64,000 bases of DNA, from the NCBI GenBank assembly GCA_036338595.1, contig JAYZBV010000113.1, positions 43,216 to 107,215 of the forward strand. The letters run 5' to 3'. Origin of the DNA: Planctomycetota bacterium. GTDB taxonomy: Bacteria; Planctomycetota; UBA8108; UBA1146. This document shows positions 9,325 to 18,398 of the stretch, one piece after another (positions within the stretch are counted from its first letter, which is position 1; every line of letters starts with the position of its first letter). The position numbers and the translations under genes were made by a program. The notes under the pieces were generated by a model. The model worked only from the letters and a program-made list of their open reading frames with translations. It was not told the origin of the DNA and did not search any database.

Positions 9325-10089
9325 TTGACCGAACGACTTTACGAGGGACTCTTCCTCGTCGATGCAGCAGTTGCTGCGACAGATTGGGCCGACATCGAAA
9401 AGCAGATTTCTGGCTTGATTGAACAGCAGGGCGCAACCATCGAATATTCAGAAAGGTGGCCGGAGCAACGGCTTGCCTATCCGGTAAAGGGTATCAAGCG
9501 AGGTGTTTACTTCCTCGCCTACTTTACCTCCAACACCGACGCTATCGCTGCGATTCGCAGTGATGGCCAGCTCAACGAGAATGTCCTGAGGATGTTGATC
9601 GTCCAGGAGGAATTTCTCGGTGTGGAGATGGCCAAGCGCAAGGAAGCCGCTGCACGCGCAGCCGCCGTGCCAGTTGCTGAGCCGGAAACGCAACCTGAAT
9701 CGAAACCTGAATCGAAATCTGAATCGGACTCTGAATCGAAATCTGAATCCGATTCTGAATCGGATTCTGGTTCCGAAGGAGAGGGTGTTGTCGAGGATGC
9801 GATGGCTGCCAGTGAAGGTGACTCGCTCGATGCATCCCCCCCGGAAGCAGATGCGGACAGCGACGGCGAGGTCGCAGTCGAAACAGAGGCAGTCGAAACA
9901 GAGGCAGTCGAAACCGAGGCAGTCGAAACCGAGGCCGTTGACGCTGCGGCAGTTGACGCTGCGGAGTCCGAGCCCGAGGTTTCCGAATCAGAGGTTCCGG
10001 AGGAGGTCGCGACAGCAGAAGGCGACGAGGAGACACCGGTTGGTGATTCCGTTGAAGAAGTCGCCAACACCGAGGAAGAAATCAACTGA
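9325..10089 (+). CDS. rpsF: 30S ribosomal protein S6 with a long acidic repeat-containing C-terminal extension
   Basis: S6 core (LYEGLFLVD...RLAYPVKGIKRGVYFLAYF...VLRMLIV). The likely TTG start at 9325 follows AAGGAG (9313-9318); the ORF track starts at 9250. After about 110 aa the protein continues as a roughly 145-aa Glu/Asp/Ser/Ala-rich tail. Confidence 0.88.
   Translation: MTERLYEGLFLVDAAVAATDWADIEKQISGLIEQQGATIEYSERWPEQRLAYPVKGIKRGVYFLAYFTSNTDAIAAIRSDGQLNENVLRMLIVQEEFLGVEMAKRKEAAARAAAVPVAEPETQPESKPESKSESDSESKSESDSESDSGSEGEGVVEDAMAASEGDSLDASPPEADADSDGEVAVETEAVETEAVETEAVETEAVDAAAVDAAESEPEVSESEVPEEVATAEGDEETPVGDSVEEVANTEEEIN
9694..9777 (+). repeat. imperfect 12-bp coding tandem repeat (7 units, CCTGAATCGAAA-like) inside the rpsF tail
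   Basis: Encodes PESKPESKSESDSESKSESDSESDSGSE; the units differ only at a few positions. Confidence 0.85.
9874..9963 (+). repeat. 15-bp coding tandem repeat (4 units GCAGTCGAAAC[A/C]GAG + 2 diverged units) inside the rpsF tail
   Basis: Encodes AVETE x4 followed by AVDAA x2. Confidence 0.9.
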
Positions 10090-10105
10090 ACGAGAAGAGG
10101 TCGTC

Positions 10106-10567
10106 ATGGAGATCAACAGGGTATTTATCGCTGGCAATCTGACCCGGGATCCAGAGTTGAGAATGACTCCGGGTGGCACGGCGGTCTGTGACCTCGGACT
10201 CGCATCCAATCGACGGTACCGCAAACAAGGCGATGAACAGCTTCAGGAAGAGACCTGCTTCGTGACCGTCACCGTATGGGGTCGGCAGGCAGAAAATTGC
10301 AATCAATATCTATCCAAGGGGAAGCAGGTCGTGGTCGAAGGGCGACTCAAGTACGACCAGTGGACCGACAAGGATAGTGGCAAGAATCGAAACAAGCTGA
10401 CAGTGGTCGCGGATCGTGTCCACTTCATGCCACGCTCCAGCGAGGGTGGATCGCCACAGGGTGGATCCACGCAGGGCGGCTACTCCGCAACGGGCGAGCA
10501 AAGTTCTGGAGGACAAACCGAAGGTTTTCCACAGGGCCAACCTTTCAATGATGAGGTGCCCTTCTAG
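10106..10567 (+). CDS. ssb: single-stranded DNA-binding protein
   Basis: MEINRVFIAGNLTRDPELRMTPGG OB-fold, a Gly/Gln-rich linker and an acidic tip ending NDEVPF. ATG at 10106, inside the longer shadow ORF 9620-10567. Confidence 0.93.
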   Translation: MEINRVFIAGNLTRDPELRMTPGGTAVCDLGLASNRRYRKQGDEQLQEETCFVTVTVWGRQAENCNQYLSKGKQVVVEGRLKYDQWTDKDSGKNRNKLTVVADRVHFMPRSSEGGSPQGGSTQGGYSATGEQSSGGQTEGFPQGQPFNDEVPF

Positions 10568-10584
10568 GGCTGAAAGAGATAGCA

Positions 10585-10791
10585 ATGTTTGGACGCAGAG
10601 ATAAGAAGTCCGTGGTCGCTGATATGGAATACATCGACTACAAGAATGTTGATTTACTTCACAAGGTCTTGACCGGCGGAGGGAAACTGACCTCCCGGCG
10701 CCAGATCGGTTGTGATTCCCGGATGCAGCACCGCATCAAGCGTGCGGTGCACCAGGCCAGGTTCATGGCACTGCTACCCTACGGTCAGTGA
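10585..10791 (+). CDS. rpsR: 30S ribosomal protein S18
   Basis: 68 aa. IDYKNVDLLHKVLTGGGKLTSRR...RIKRAVHQARFMALLPY. Confidence 0.93.
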   Translation: MFGRRDKKSVVADMEYIDYKNVDLLHKVLTGGGKLTSRRQIGCDSRMQHRIKRAVHQARFMALLPYGQ

Positions 10792-10858
10792 ACACGTAAT
10801 CAGTCGAAAATGAAGGAGTCGTCCAGTCGACAGACGGACGGCAAATGGAGACAAATCG

Positions 10859-11392
10859 ATGAAATTGTTTCTCAAGAAGACCGTCAGCGAGCTTGGCGAG
10901 ATCGGTGACGTGATCGACGTCAAACCGGGATACGCTCGTAATTACCTGATACCCCAGGGCATCGGTGTCGAAGTGGGGCAGGCTAACCTGCAATGGATTG
11001 ATGCTCAAAAGCGTCGTCTTGAGCAGGAAGAGACGGAACGCAACATGGAGATGCGCTCACTCGCAGAGAAGATCGATGGAGCATCCTGCACGGTCATCGC
11101 CCGGGCCACCGAAGAGGGACATCTGTTCGGGTCAGTTACGGTGCAGACCATCTCCGATCAACTCGCTGCCGATGGTGTCGAGTTCGACCCGGACCTGATC
11201 GACCTCGAAAAGCCGATCAAGGAACTTGGTATTTATAACCTGACAGTACGAGTGCATCCGGAATTCGAAACTTCGATCAAGGTGTGGGTCGTCAAGGCAG
11301 ATGAAGACGATATCGAAGATGATGCCCCAGCAGATGAGCAGGGGGAGGACGAAGATGATGGCGGTGGGTCCATTTCGTCCGATTCTGACTGA
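10859..11392 (+). CDS. rplI: 50S ribosomal protein L9 (with acidic C-terminal tail)
   Basis: MKLFLKKTVSELGEIGDVIDVKPGYARNYLIPQG. The tail is ADEDDIEDDAPADEQGEDEDDGGGSISSDSD. Confidence 0.92.
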   Translation: MKLFLKKTVSELGEIGDVIDVKPGYARNYLIPQGIGVEVGQANLQWIDAQKRRLEQEETERNMEMRSLAEKIDGASCTVIARATEEGHLFGSVTVQTISDQLAADGVEFDPDLIDLEKPIKELGIYNLTVRVHPEFETSIKVWVVKADEDDIEDDAPADEQGEDEDDGGGSISSDSD

Positions 11393-11542
11393 GACGGCAT
11401 CGAGTACGACCATGTCACTGAATTATCCCCAAGCCTTGCTCACAACGCGAGTTTGGTCCTCCTCTTTCGCGCTGGGCTCGGCTCCGGTAGGGTCAAGCGC
11501 TCGGCCCTTCGAGGGCCAGCGCACTGCTTCTGACAACAGAGC

Positions 11543-12934
11543 ATGTCGTCTTCGTCGCCGATCAATCAGCGGGATGAAATCGAGTATCAGATGAACAAAG
11601 AGACGCCTGCGCAGCCCAGTTTACCTCACAATGTGGAAGCCGAAGTCAGTCTTCTCGGTTCCCTGTTACTCGGAGGAGCGAAGAGCCACTCGGTACTGGA
11701 GATGGTCAAGGCCCAGGACTTCTACCTGTCCAGGCACAGGGTGATCTTTGATGAGTTGCTCTTGCTGTGGGCAGACGACGGTGTCACTGACGCGCTGATC
11801 CTGATCGATCGCCTGCGCGCTTCCGGGAAGTTGGCAGCAGCGGGTGGCGAAGAATATCTGGTAGATCTCACGAGCCAGATCCGGACCAGTTCCAATGCCA
11901 TCGAGTATGCAAAGATCATTCGCCAGGAAGCACAGAGGCGTCGACTGATAGAAACCTGCCAGGATCTCGAATCGAGAGCTCGATCAGGAACAGGGCGAGT
12001 GCGTGACCTGATTGATGATGCGGGTGCTCAGATACTCACTCTTGCAGAGGATGATGCCAGCCAGGGAGTTCATGGAATCAAGGAAAGTATCGATCAGGCG
12101 ATCACAAACATCGAGGAGTGGGAAAAGGGCGTTGTTGGCGTCATGACCGGATTCAGGGAACTCGATGAGATGACCAATGGCCTTCAACCAGCCGACCTCA
12201 TCGTGGCGGCGGGTCGTCCCTCGATGGGGAAGACCACATTTGCCCTGAATATTGCGCTTCATGCTGCGCTTACCAACAATACTCCAGTGGCCATATTCAG
12301 CCTCGAGATGGCCTATGATCAACTGGCGCTGAACCTCTTGAGCATGTCCTCGGGGGTCAGTGCCACGAAACTCAGAAAAGCTTCTCTCGATGATGCGGAC
12401 TGGAAGAAGATCATCGCCCGCTGCGAGACGCTCAGGGACGCCCCGATTTACATCGACGATGCCCCCGGCTTGAACGCGATGTCGATCCGGGCTCGCGCCA
12501 GGCGACTGCACCACCAGAAAAAGCTGGGTTTGATCGTCGTCGATTATCTTCAGCTGCTGGATATGGGGGGCCGTTCGGAAAATCGCCAGCAGGAGATCTC
12601 TCAGATCTCCCGATCGCTCAAACAACTGGCAAGAGAACTCCAGGTCCCGATCTTGACCATCTCCCAGCTGTCCCGGGCAGTCGAATCTCGTGAAGGAAAC
12701 AGGCCCAGGATGTCTGACCTCCGAGAATCGGGAGCCATCGAGCAGGATGCTGATGTGGTGCTGTTGCTGTATCGTGAGGAGTACTACAAACCAGATGACG
12801 AGGACGCCAAGGGCAAGGCCGAAATTATCGTTGCGAAACAGAGAAAAGGACGGACAGGTTCAGTGAAGCTTGCATTCATTGCCGACCAGTTGAAGTTTGG
12901 TGATCTGGCCTACGACCCGTTCTCCATCACTTGA
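11543..12934 (+). CDS. dnaB: replicative DNA helicase
   Basis: 463 aa. N-terminal LPHNVEAEVSLLGSLLL, Walker A AGRPSMGKTTF, DYLQLL and SQLSR motifs. An alternative start is at 11591. Confidence 0.95.
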   Translation: MSSSSPINQRDEIEYQMNKETPAQPSLPHNVEAEVSLLGSLLLGGAKSHSVLEMVKAQDFYLSRHRVIFDELLLLWADDGVTDALILIDRLRASGKLAAAGGEEYLVDLTSQIRTSSNAIEYAKIIRQEAQRRRLIETCQDLESRARSGTGRVRDLIDDAGAQILTLAEDDASQGVHGIKESIDQAITNIEEWEKGVVGVMTGFRELDEMTNGLQPADLIVAAGRPSMGKTTFALNIALHAALTNNTPVAIFSLEMAYDQLALNLLSMSSGVSATKLRKASLDDADWKKIIARCETLRDAPIYIDDAPGLNAMSIRARARRLHHQKKLGLIVVDYLQLLDMGGRSENRQQEISQISRSLKQLARELQVPILTISQLSRAVESREGNRPRMSDLRESGAIEQDADVVLLLYREEYYKPDDEDAKGKAEIIVAKQRKGRTGSVKLAFIADQLKFGDLAYDPFSIT

Positions 12935-12944
12935 AAGAAGCGAA

Positions 12945-13535
12945 ATGACAGATCATCAGCATCGATACCACATCGTTCCAAAGTTGTTCGGACTGGCTCT
13001 GTGCGGAGCAGTCCTGACTCTGGTGCTGCAGGCTTCTCTGTCGGCAGTCGGAGTTCAGCTGGAATCACACCGTGTTGGCGTTTGCGATGTCCAGGTAGTT
13101 CTCGATCAAATACCGCAGGGCAAGCAGATCACCGTCGAATTCAATCAACTGAAGGTGTCGATGGAGCAGGAGATTCGAGACCGCGAAACTACATTGAGGC
13201 AGATTCAGCAGGAGGCGGAGCAGTTGCTCCCGGGTACCGATGGTCGCCGAGAAGTGGAAAAGCGCTTTACCCTCGCCAAGGCTGAACTGGCCTGGATGCA
13301 GGAGGATCTCGAGCGAGAGTTCACCACACGCTTCAAGGAACGGCGTGATGGCCTGATCAAACTGGTCAGAGCTGCCATCGAGGAAGTTGCCGGAGAAAGA
13401 GAACTGGACCTGGTCCTCAACAATGTCGCCAGGGCCAGTGATTTCAAGGTCTACGTGAGTGTCTGGGCAAAGCCAGAACTCGACATCACGGTAGATGTCA
13501 TCTCGAGGGTTTCTGCCAAGGATGGTGATAATTGA
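12945..13535 (+). CDS. OmpH/Skp-like periplasmic chaperone
   Basis: N-terminal hydrophobic signal/anchor, then VGVCDVQVVLDQIPQGK and a long coiled-coil. It sits directly upstream of, and overlaps, lpxC/fabZ, as skp does in lipid A clusters. Confidence 0.6.
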   Translation: MTDHQHRYHIVPKLFGLALCGAVLTLVLQASLSAVGVQLESHRVGVCDVQVVLDQIPQGKQITVEFNQLKVSMEQEIRDRETTLRQIQQEAEQLLPGTDGRREVEKRFTLAKAELAWMQEDLEREFTTRFKERRDGLIKLVRAAIEEVAGERELDLVLNNVARASDFKVYVSVWAKPELDITVDVISRVSAKDGDN

Positions 13536-14836
13536 CTTCGGTGACCCAGCAAACTATCAGCGGGGAGACTGTGCTCAGCGGGTGTGGACTCCATCTCGGA
13601 GAGGAAGCGACGCTTCGGTTGCTTCCAGCCGACACCGATTCTGGAATCATCTTCATCCGGACCGATATCGATCCTGAACTGCAAATTCCGGTAGGTCTCG
13701 ACACGCTGAGAAAGCAGCCCCGACGCACCAGTTTTGGAGTAGGCAATGTCGAGGTTCATACCTGCGAGCATCTGCTTTCAGTGCTGCATGTGCTTGGAAT
13801 AGAGAACTTGATCTGCGAGATCGATGGCCCCGAGATTCCAGGGATGGATGGCTCTGCCCTTCCCTTTCTCGAGGCGATCGGCGAGACAGGCCTCGCCGAT
13901 CAAGGAGCTCGCGGACGCACACTGGCTGTCACCAAACCGGTTGCAGCAGAGGAAGGGGATGCCAGTGTCGTGGCCTTGCCTTCCGAAAAACTACGAATCA
14001 CCTACACACTTCAGTACAACGGAGATCCAGGATTCAGCCAGACGGTCGACCTGGAAATCGATGAGGATAGTTTTCGGGAACAGATTGCGCCCGCCCGTAC
14101 CTTTGTGCTCGAGAGTGAGGTCAAGGACCTTCAGGCAAGAGGACTCGGGAAGGGAGCCAATGAGAGCAATACACTTCTGATCGATGAACGCGGGCTGGCC
14201 GCCAAATTCAGACTTCCCGACGAACCCGCCAGGCACAAGATCCTGGACCTGATCGGCGATGTCTATCTGTTACGGTGTGCTATCTCCGGACATATCATCG
14301 CTCACCGCAGTGGTCATGGCCTCAATGCAGATCTTGCATCGCGGATCGCCGAGGCTCATGTGAGGGAGAGAGAACTGGAAGATGTTCTGATCAAGGCGCC
14401 GCATGGCCTGGAGATCCGTGACATCCAGAAGTTGCTACCTCACCGCTATCCCTTCCTGCTCGTGGACAGGGTTCTCGAGGTGGAGCAGGGAGTCCGGGCC
14501 GTTGGTCTAAAAAATGTTTCCTTCAACGAGGAGTACTTCCAGGGCCATTTCCCGGGGCAGCCTGTGATGCCTGGAGTGCTTCAACTGGAAGCTCTGGCGC
14601 AACTTTCCGGGGTTCTATTACTCAGGAGTAGTGCCGATTCCAATCGCATCGCCTATATTCTCGGGATCGACGATGTCAAATTTCGAAAGACGGTGGTTCC
14701 TGGCGACCAGTTGATCCTGGAGGCCGAACTGAAACGGTTTCGTGAGCGTACTGCTCAGGTCCAGGTCAAGGCGACCGTGGATGGAAAACCCGTTACTGAA
14801 GCGACCATCAGATTCATGATAGTGGATGCAGGCTGA
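13532..14836 (+). CDS. lpxC: bifunctional UDP-3-O-acyl-GlcNAc deacetylase / 3-hydroxyacyl-ACP dehydratase (LpxC-FabZ fusion)
   Basis: 434 aa. The N-terminal two-thirds is LpxC (HTCEHLLSVLHVLGIENL, HKILDLIGD, GHGLN). The C-terminal third is FabZ (LPHRYPFLLVDRV, FFQGHFPGQPVMPGVL). TTG start overlaps the skp-like stop. Confidence 0.92.
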   Translation: MTSVTQQTISGETVLSGCGLHLGEEATLRLLPADTDSGIIFIRTDIDPELQIPVGLDTLRKQPRRTSFGVGNVEVHTCEHLLSVLHVLGIENLICEIDGPEIPGMDGSALPFLEAIGETGLADQGARGRTLAVTKPVAAEEGDASVVALPSEKLRITYTLQYNGDPGFSQTVDLEIDEDSFREQIAPARTFVLESEVKDLQARGLGKGANESNTLLIDERGLAAKFRLPDEPARHKILDLIGDVYLLRCAISGHIIAHRSGHGLNADLASRIAEAHVRERELEDVLIKAPHGLEIRDIQKLLPHRYPFLLVDRVLEVEQGVRAVGLKNVSFNEEYFQGHFPGQPVMPGVLQLEALAQLSGVLLLRSSADSNRIAYILGIDDVKFRKTVVPGDQLILEAELKRFRERTAQVQVKATVDGKPVTEATIRFMIVDAG

Positions 14837-14848
14837 GGAGATGAACCG

Positions 14849-15634
14849 TTGATCCATCCAACCGCCCATATTGATCCAACTGCCGAGATCGGACCCGATG
14901 TGACCATCGGCCCTGGAGTTTTCATCGGGCCTCAGGTGACGATTGGAACTGGCTGCGTATTCCATCACCATTCTTCCGTGGTCTGCAACACACGGATCGG
15001 TGATCGTTGCGTGGTCCATCCTGGAGCAGTACTTGGCGGCGATCCACAGGACAAGAAGTGGAAGGGTGAGGAAACCTGGGCCGAGATCGGATCTGACAAC
15101 CTGTTCCGTGAGCACTGCACGATCAACAGGGGTACCGCCCAGGGTGGAGGAGTCACCAGACTGGGAAACGGCTGCTTGATTCTGGCCAGTTCACACGTCG
15201 CTCACGATTGCATCGTTGGCAATGAAATCATCATGGCGAATGGAGTGCTGCTCGGGGGGCATGTGGTTGTCGAGGATCAGGCTGGCTTCGGCGGATTGGC
15301 TGCTGTTCATCACTACGCCACCGTTGGCAGGTTGGCGTTCATCGGCGGCATGACCAGAGTCACAACCGATGCACCTCCCTATCTGATCACGGAGGGCAAC
15401 CCTTCCAGGGTCCGGGCCATCAACTCGGTGGGCATGAAAAGAGCCGGGATCAGCGAGGAAGTGTGTGCCTGGCTCAAGGAAGCTCAGCGGCTCCTGTACA
15501 ACAACAACATGATTCGGAGAGAGGCGTTCGAATTGCTCGAACGTCGTGGGCACGTCCCCGAGGAGGGAATCCACCTCAGGTCGTTCCTGCGGTCCACAGA
15601 AGGTGGTCGCCAGGGCCGTGCTCGTCAACCGTAG
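14849..15634 (+). CDS. lpxA: acyl-ACP--UDP-N-acetylglucosamine O-acyltransferase
   Basis: 261 aa. IHPTAHIDPTAEIGPDVTIGPGVFIG hexapeptide helix plus the LpxA C-terminal helical domain (GLKRRGFS-like VGMKRAGIS). TTG start. Confidence 0.9.
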   Translation: MIHPTAHIDPTAEIGPDVTIGPGVFIGPQVTIGTGCVFHHHSSVVCNTRIGDRCVVHPGAVLGGDPQDKKWKGEETWAEIGSDNLFREHCTINRGTAQGGGVTRLGNGCLILASSHVAHDCIVGNEIIMANGVLLGGHVVVEDQAGFGGLAAVHHYATVGRLAFIGGMTRVTTDAPPYLITEGNPSRVRAINSVGMKRAGISEEVCAWLKEAQRLLYNNNMIRREAFELLERRGHVPEEGIHLRSFLRSTEGGRQGRARQP

Positions 15635-15647
15635 GAGGATGGGCCGT

Positions 15648-16652
15648 ATGCGTGTTGCAGTTGTTGGAGTCGGGCATCTCGGCAGTGCTCATGCAAGGAT
15701 CTGGAACGAAATTCCGGATGCTGACCTTGTCGGAGTCGTTGATATCGATGGCGAAAGGGCGAATGAAATCGCCCAACTTCACGGGTGCGGATCTTTTTCG
15801 GACATCTCGCAAATCATCGACCAGGTCGATGCAGTCAGCATTGTTACACCAACGCCATTCCATCTCGAAACAGCCAGGCCATTTCTCGAGGCAGGGATTG
15901 CTGTTCTCGTCGAAAAGCCGCTCGCAGCAACCCTCGAAGAGGCAGATCAGATCTGTGATCTTGCCTCGACTTCTGGATCCGTACTCCAGGTGGGCCACAT
16001 CGAGCGATTCAATCCTCTGATCAGATCTGCCATCGGCGTGATCGACCAACCACTATTCATCGAATGCGATAGAATCCATCCATTTACGCTTCGGTCCACC
16101 GAGATCAGCGTCGTTCACGATCTGATGATTCATGACATCGATATCGCCCTTCATCTGATCGATGACGACCTCTCATCCGTGGATGCACATGGCTGCGCAG
16201 TGCTATCGCCGACCGAGGATCTTGCCCACGCCAGACTCAGTTTTTGCAAGGGTGCTACCGCTTTCGTCAAGACCAGCAGGGTCGCATTGAATCGATCCAG
16301 AAAGATTCGAATCTTTGGCCACAGGCAGTACGTCAGCCTCGATCTGGTTCATCGGGAGGGATTTCGCGTGTCACTGGATGATTCCTACGATCCGGCCAAA
16401 TTTCTCGATTCGCTGGGCCGCGTCGAGGCACCCGCAGGTGTGGAAGACTTTCTGTCCCGGCACCTGGATCAGGAACCGTTGACTTTTGCCGAGGAGGAGC
16501 CCCTCCGGGCAGAACTCGATTCCTTCCTCGAGGCCGCCAGAGGGAACTGCGATCCGGCCGTTACCGGTTCTCAGGGGCGCAGGGCAATGGAGGCGGCCTC
16601 CCAGGTCATCGAGAGCCTTCGAGGCCGCGGGCAGGCCCTGGAGAACGCCTGA
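15648..16652 (+). CDS. Gfo/Idh/MocA-family NAD(P)-dependent oxidoreductase
   Basis: MRVAVVGVGHLGSAH Rossmann N-terminus and the EKP motif (VLVEKPLA). ATG at 15648 lies 9 nt after GGAGG. Immediately downstream of lpxA. Confidence 0.8.
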   Translation: MRVAVVGVGHLGSAHARIWNEIPDADLVGVVDIDGERANEIAQLHGCGSFSDISQIIDQVDAVSIVTPTPFHLETARPFLEAGIAVLVEKPLAATLEEADQICDLASTSGSVLQVGHIERFNPLIRSAIGVIDQPLFIECDRIHPFTLRSTEISVVHDLMIHDIDIALHLIDDDLSSVDAHGCAVLSPTEDLAHARLSFCKGATAFVKTSRVALNRSRKIRIFGHRQYVSLDLVHREGFRVSLDDSYDPAKFLDSLGRVEAPAGVEDFLSRHLDQEPLTFAEEEPLRAELDSFLEAARGNCDPAVTGSQGRRAMEAASQVIESLRGRGQALENA

Positions 16653-16876
16653 GACGAGAGCCTGGGGCTTCTCGAATCGATTGATGGTCCCGTGCTGAAA
16701 CGATACCTTGAGCGACTGTCGAGGTTCTCCCGGTGGGGAGCCGATACTTCTCCATCCGAGTCTCTGATTTCTACCGGACCTGCGCTGCGGGTCCTCGAAT
16801 CAGCGGAGTGAAACACGTTTTCCGCGGGATACCTGTCGAGAGGCCCCCTGTGCGGAACAACGAAAGGAAGCCGGAT

Positions 16877-17764
16877 ATGTCCGGAATGCAGATCAAGGAA
16901 CTGATCGAGGCTGGAGTCCATTTCGGCCATCGCTCTAGCCGTTGGCACCCCGCCATGGCTCCATACATTCACCAGAAGCATAACAAGAACCATGTCATCG
17001 ACCTGCGTCAAACGGTTCGTGGAATCGTTCGCGCAAAGCACTTCCTCGAGCACATCGTGGAGGCGGGACATGACGTTGTTTTCGTCGGAACCAAATCCCA
17101 GGCTCGGGAGGTGGTCCGGGAACAATCGGGTCGCTGCGGAATGCACTTCTGCGTCCACAGATGGCTGGGCGGAACGCTGACCAACTACCAGACGATTCGA
17201 AGCCGACTGCGTCGTCTCGAAGAACTCGAGAAGGATCTTGCCGACGAATCGGCCGTACGAACCAAGAAAGAGCTTTCCAGGATGGAGAGGGAGCGCAGAA
17301 AGATATTCCGCAACCTCGAAGGTGTTCGAAACATGACTCGTCTGCCTGGGGCGCTGATTGCTGTGGATATTCGACGCGACGAGATCGCCGTCAAGGAAGC
17401 TCGGGGATTGAACATTCCCATCATCTCGATAGTGGATACCGATTGTGATCCCAATCTTGTGGATCTCCCGATACCCGGAAATGACGATGCATATCGCAGT
17501 ATCGAGGTGATACTCAGCCAGCTCGCAGATTCGATCATCGCTGGTAAGGATAAGTTGCAAGCACGCCAGCAGGAGGAGGCCGCCAAGAAGGCCGCCGATG
17601 AGGATAGGGTGAAAAAGAAGGAGAAGGAGCGGACGGTGAGCCCGGAGGAGGCTCGGTCCAAACCCTACACACCTCCACAGCCCGCCCCTGGTGTAGACCA
17701 GGCTGAGGAAGCCAAATCCAAACCGAAGATCGTCGTCACTCCCGACAAGAAGAAAGATAGTTAG
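16877..17764 (+). CDS. rpsB: 30S ribosomal protein S2 (with Lys/Glu-rich C-terminal extension)
   Basis: MSGMQIKELIEAGVHFGHRSSRWHP... ATG at 16877 follows AAAGGAAG; the ORF track begins upstream at 16733. The C-terminal roughly 70 aa are K/E/A/P-rich. Confidence 0.93.
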   Translation: MSGMQIKELIEAGVHFGHRSSRWHPAMAPYIHQKHNKNHVIDLRQTVRGIVRAKHFLEHIVEAGHDVVFVGTKSQAREVVREQSGRCGMHFCVHRWLGGTLTNYQTIRSRLRRLEELEKDLADESAVRTKKELSRMERERRKIFRNLEGVRNMTRLPGALIAVDIRRDEIAVKEARGLNIPIISIVDTDCDPNLVDLPIPGNDDAYRSIEVILSQLADSIIAGKDKLQARQQEEAAKKAADEDRVKKKEKERTVSPEEARSKPYTPPQPAPGVDQAEEAKSKPKIVVTPDKKKDS

Positions 17765-17765
17765 T

Positions 17766-18356
17766 ATGAGTCAGATCAGCGCCAAGACCGTAGCAGAACT
17801 GAGGAAGAAAACCGGAGTCGGCATGATGGAGTGCAAGAAGGCACTCGGCGAAACCGATGGCGATATCGAGGGGGCCGTAGATTTGCTGCGAATGCGTGGA
17901 GCCCGGATGGCTGCGCAGAAGGCGGATCGCGCCACTAGCCAGGGGTGGATCGGGTCGTACATCCACTCCAATGGTCGAATCGGAGTTGTCGTGGAAGTAC
18001 TCTGCGAGACTGACTTCGTGGCAAAGAATGAACATTTCCAGGTTCTCATCAAAGATATTGCAATGCACATCGCAGCGATGAATCCACTGGCAGTGTCATC
18101 CGATCAGCTCGATCAATCCGATGTCGAGCGCGAGAGAGCCGTTTTTGAAGAACAGGTAAAAGACAAGCCCGAGAATATTCAGGGCAACATTGTCGAGGGT
18201 AAGTTGCAGAAGTACTACAGCGAGGTTTGCTTGCTCAATCAGGCCTTCATCAAGGATGACAAGAAGAGTATCGAGCAGGTGATTCAGGATGCCATCGCGT
18301 TGATTGGCGAGAACATCCAGTTGACTCGCTTCCACCGGCTAGAGATCGGCCAGTAG
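17766..18356 (+). CDS. tsf: elongation factor Ts (short form)
   Basis: 196 aa. SAKTVAELRKKTGVGMMECKKALGETDGDIEGAVDLLR (UBA-like N-terminus). Confidence 0.93.
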   Translation: MSQISAKTVAELRKKTGVGMMECKKALGETDGDIEGAVDLLRMRGARMAAQKADRATSQGWIGSYIHSNGRIGVVVEVLCETDFVAKNEHFQVLIKDIAMHIAAMNPLAVSSDQLDQSDVERERAVFEEQVKDKPENIQGNIVEGKLQKYYSEVCLLNQAFIKDDKKSIEQVIQDAIALIGENIQLTRFHRLEIGQ

Positions 18357-18398
18357 GCACCCGCGTTCCATGGCTCGGTCCGGAATGGACAGGATTTC

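Noticed and set aside
9519-10567. Several long ORFs in other frames/strands across the S6 tail (9519-10085-, 9572-10036-, 9620-10567+)
   Set aside because: They arise from the low-complexity repeat DNA. The 9620 frame only becomes meaningful at the ssb ATG (10106).
16571-17560. 329-aa minus-strand ORF
   Set aside because: It is entirely antisense to rpsB (a clear S2 homolog) and has no recognisable motifs. It is a shadow ORF typical of GC-rich DNA. The same applies to 6077-6973, 11984-12625, 19869-20600, 33605-34357, 40866-41834, 57613-58686, 59223-59972 and 59608-60306.
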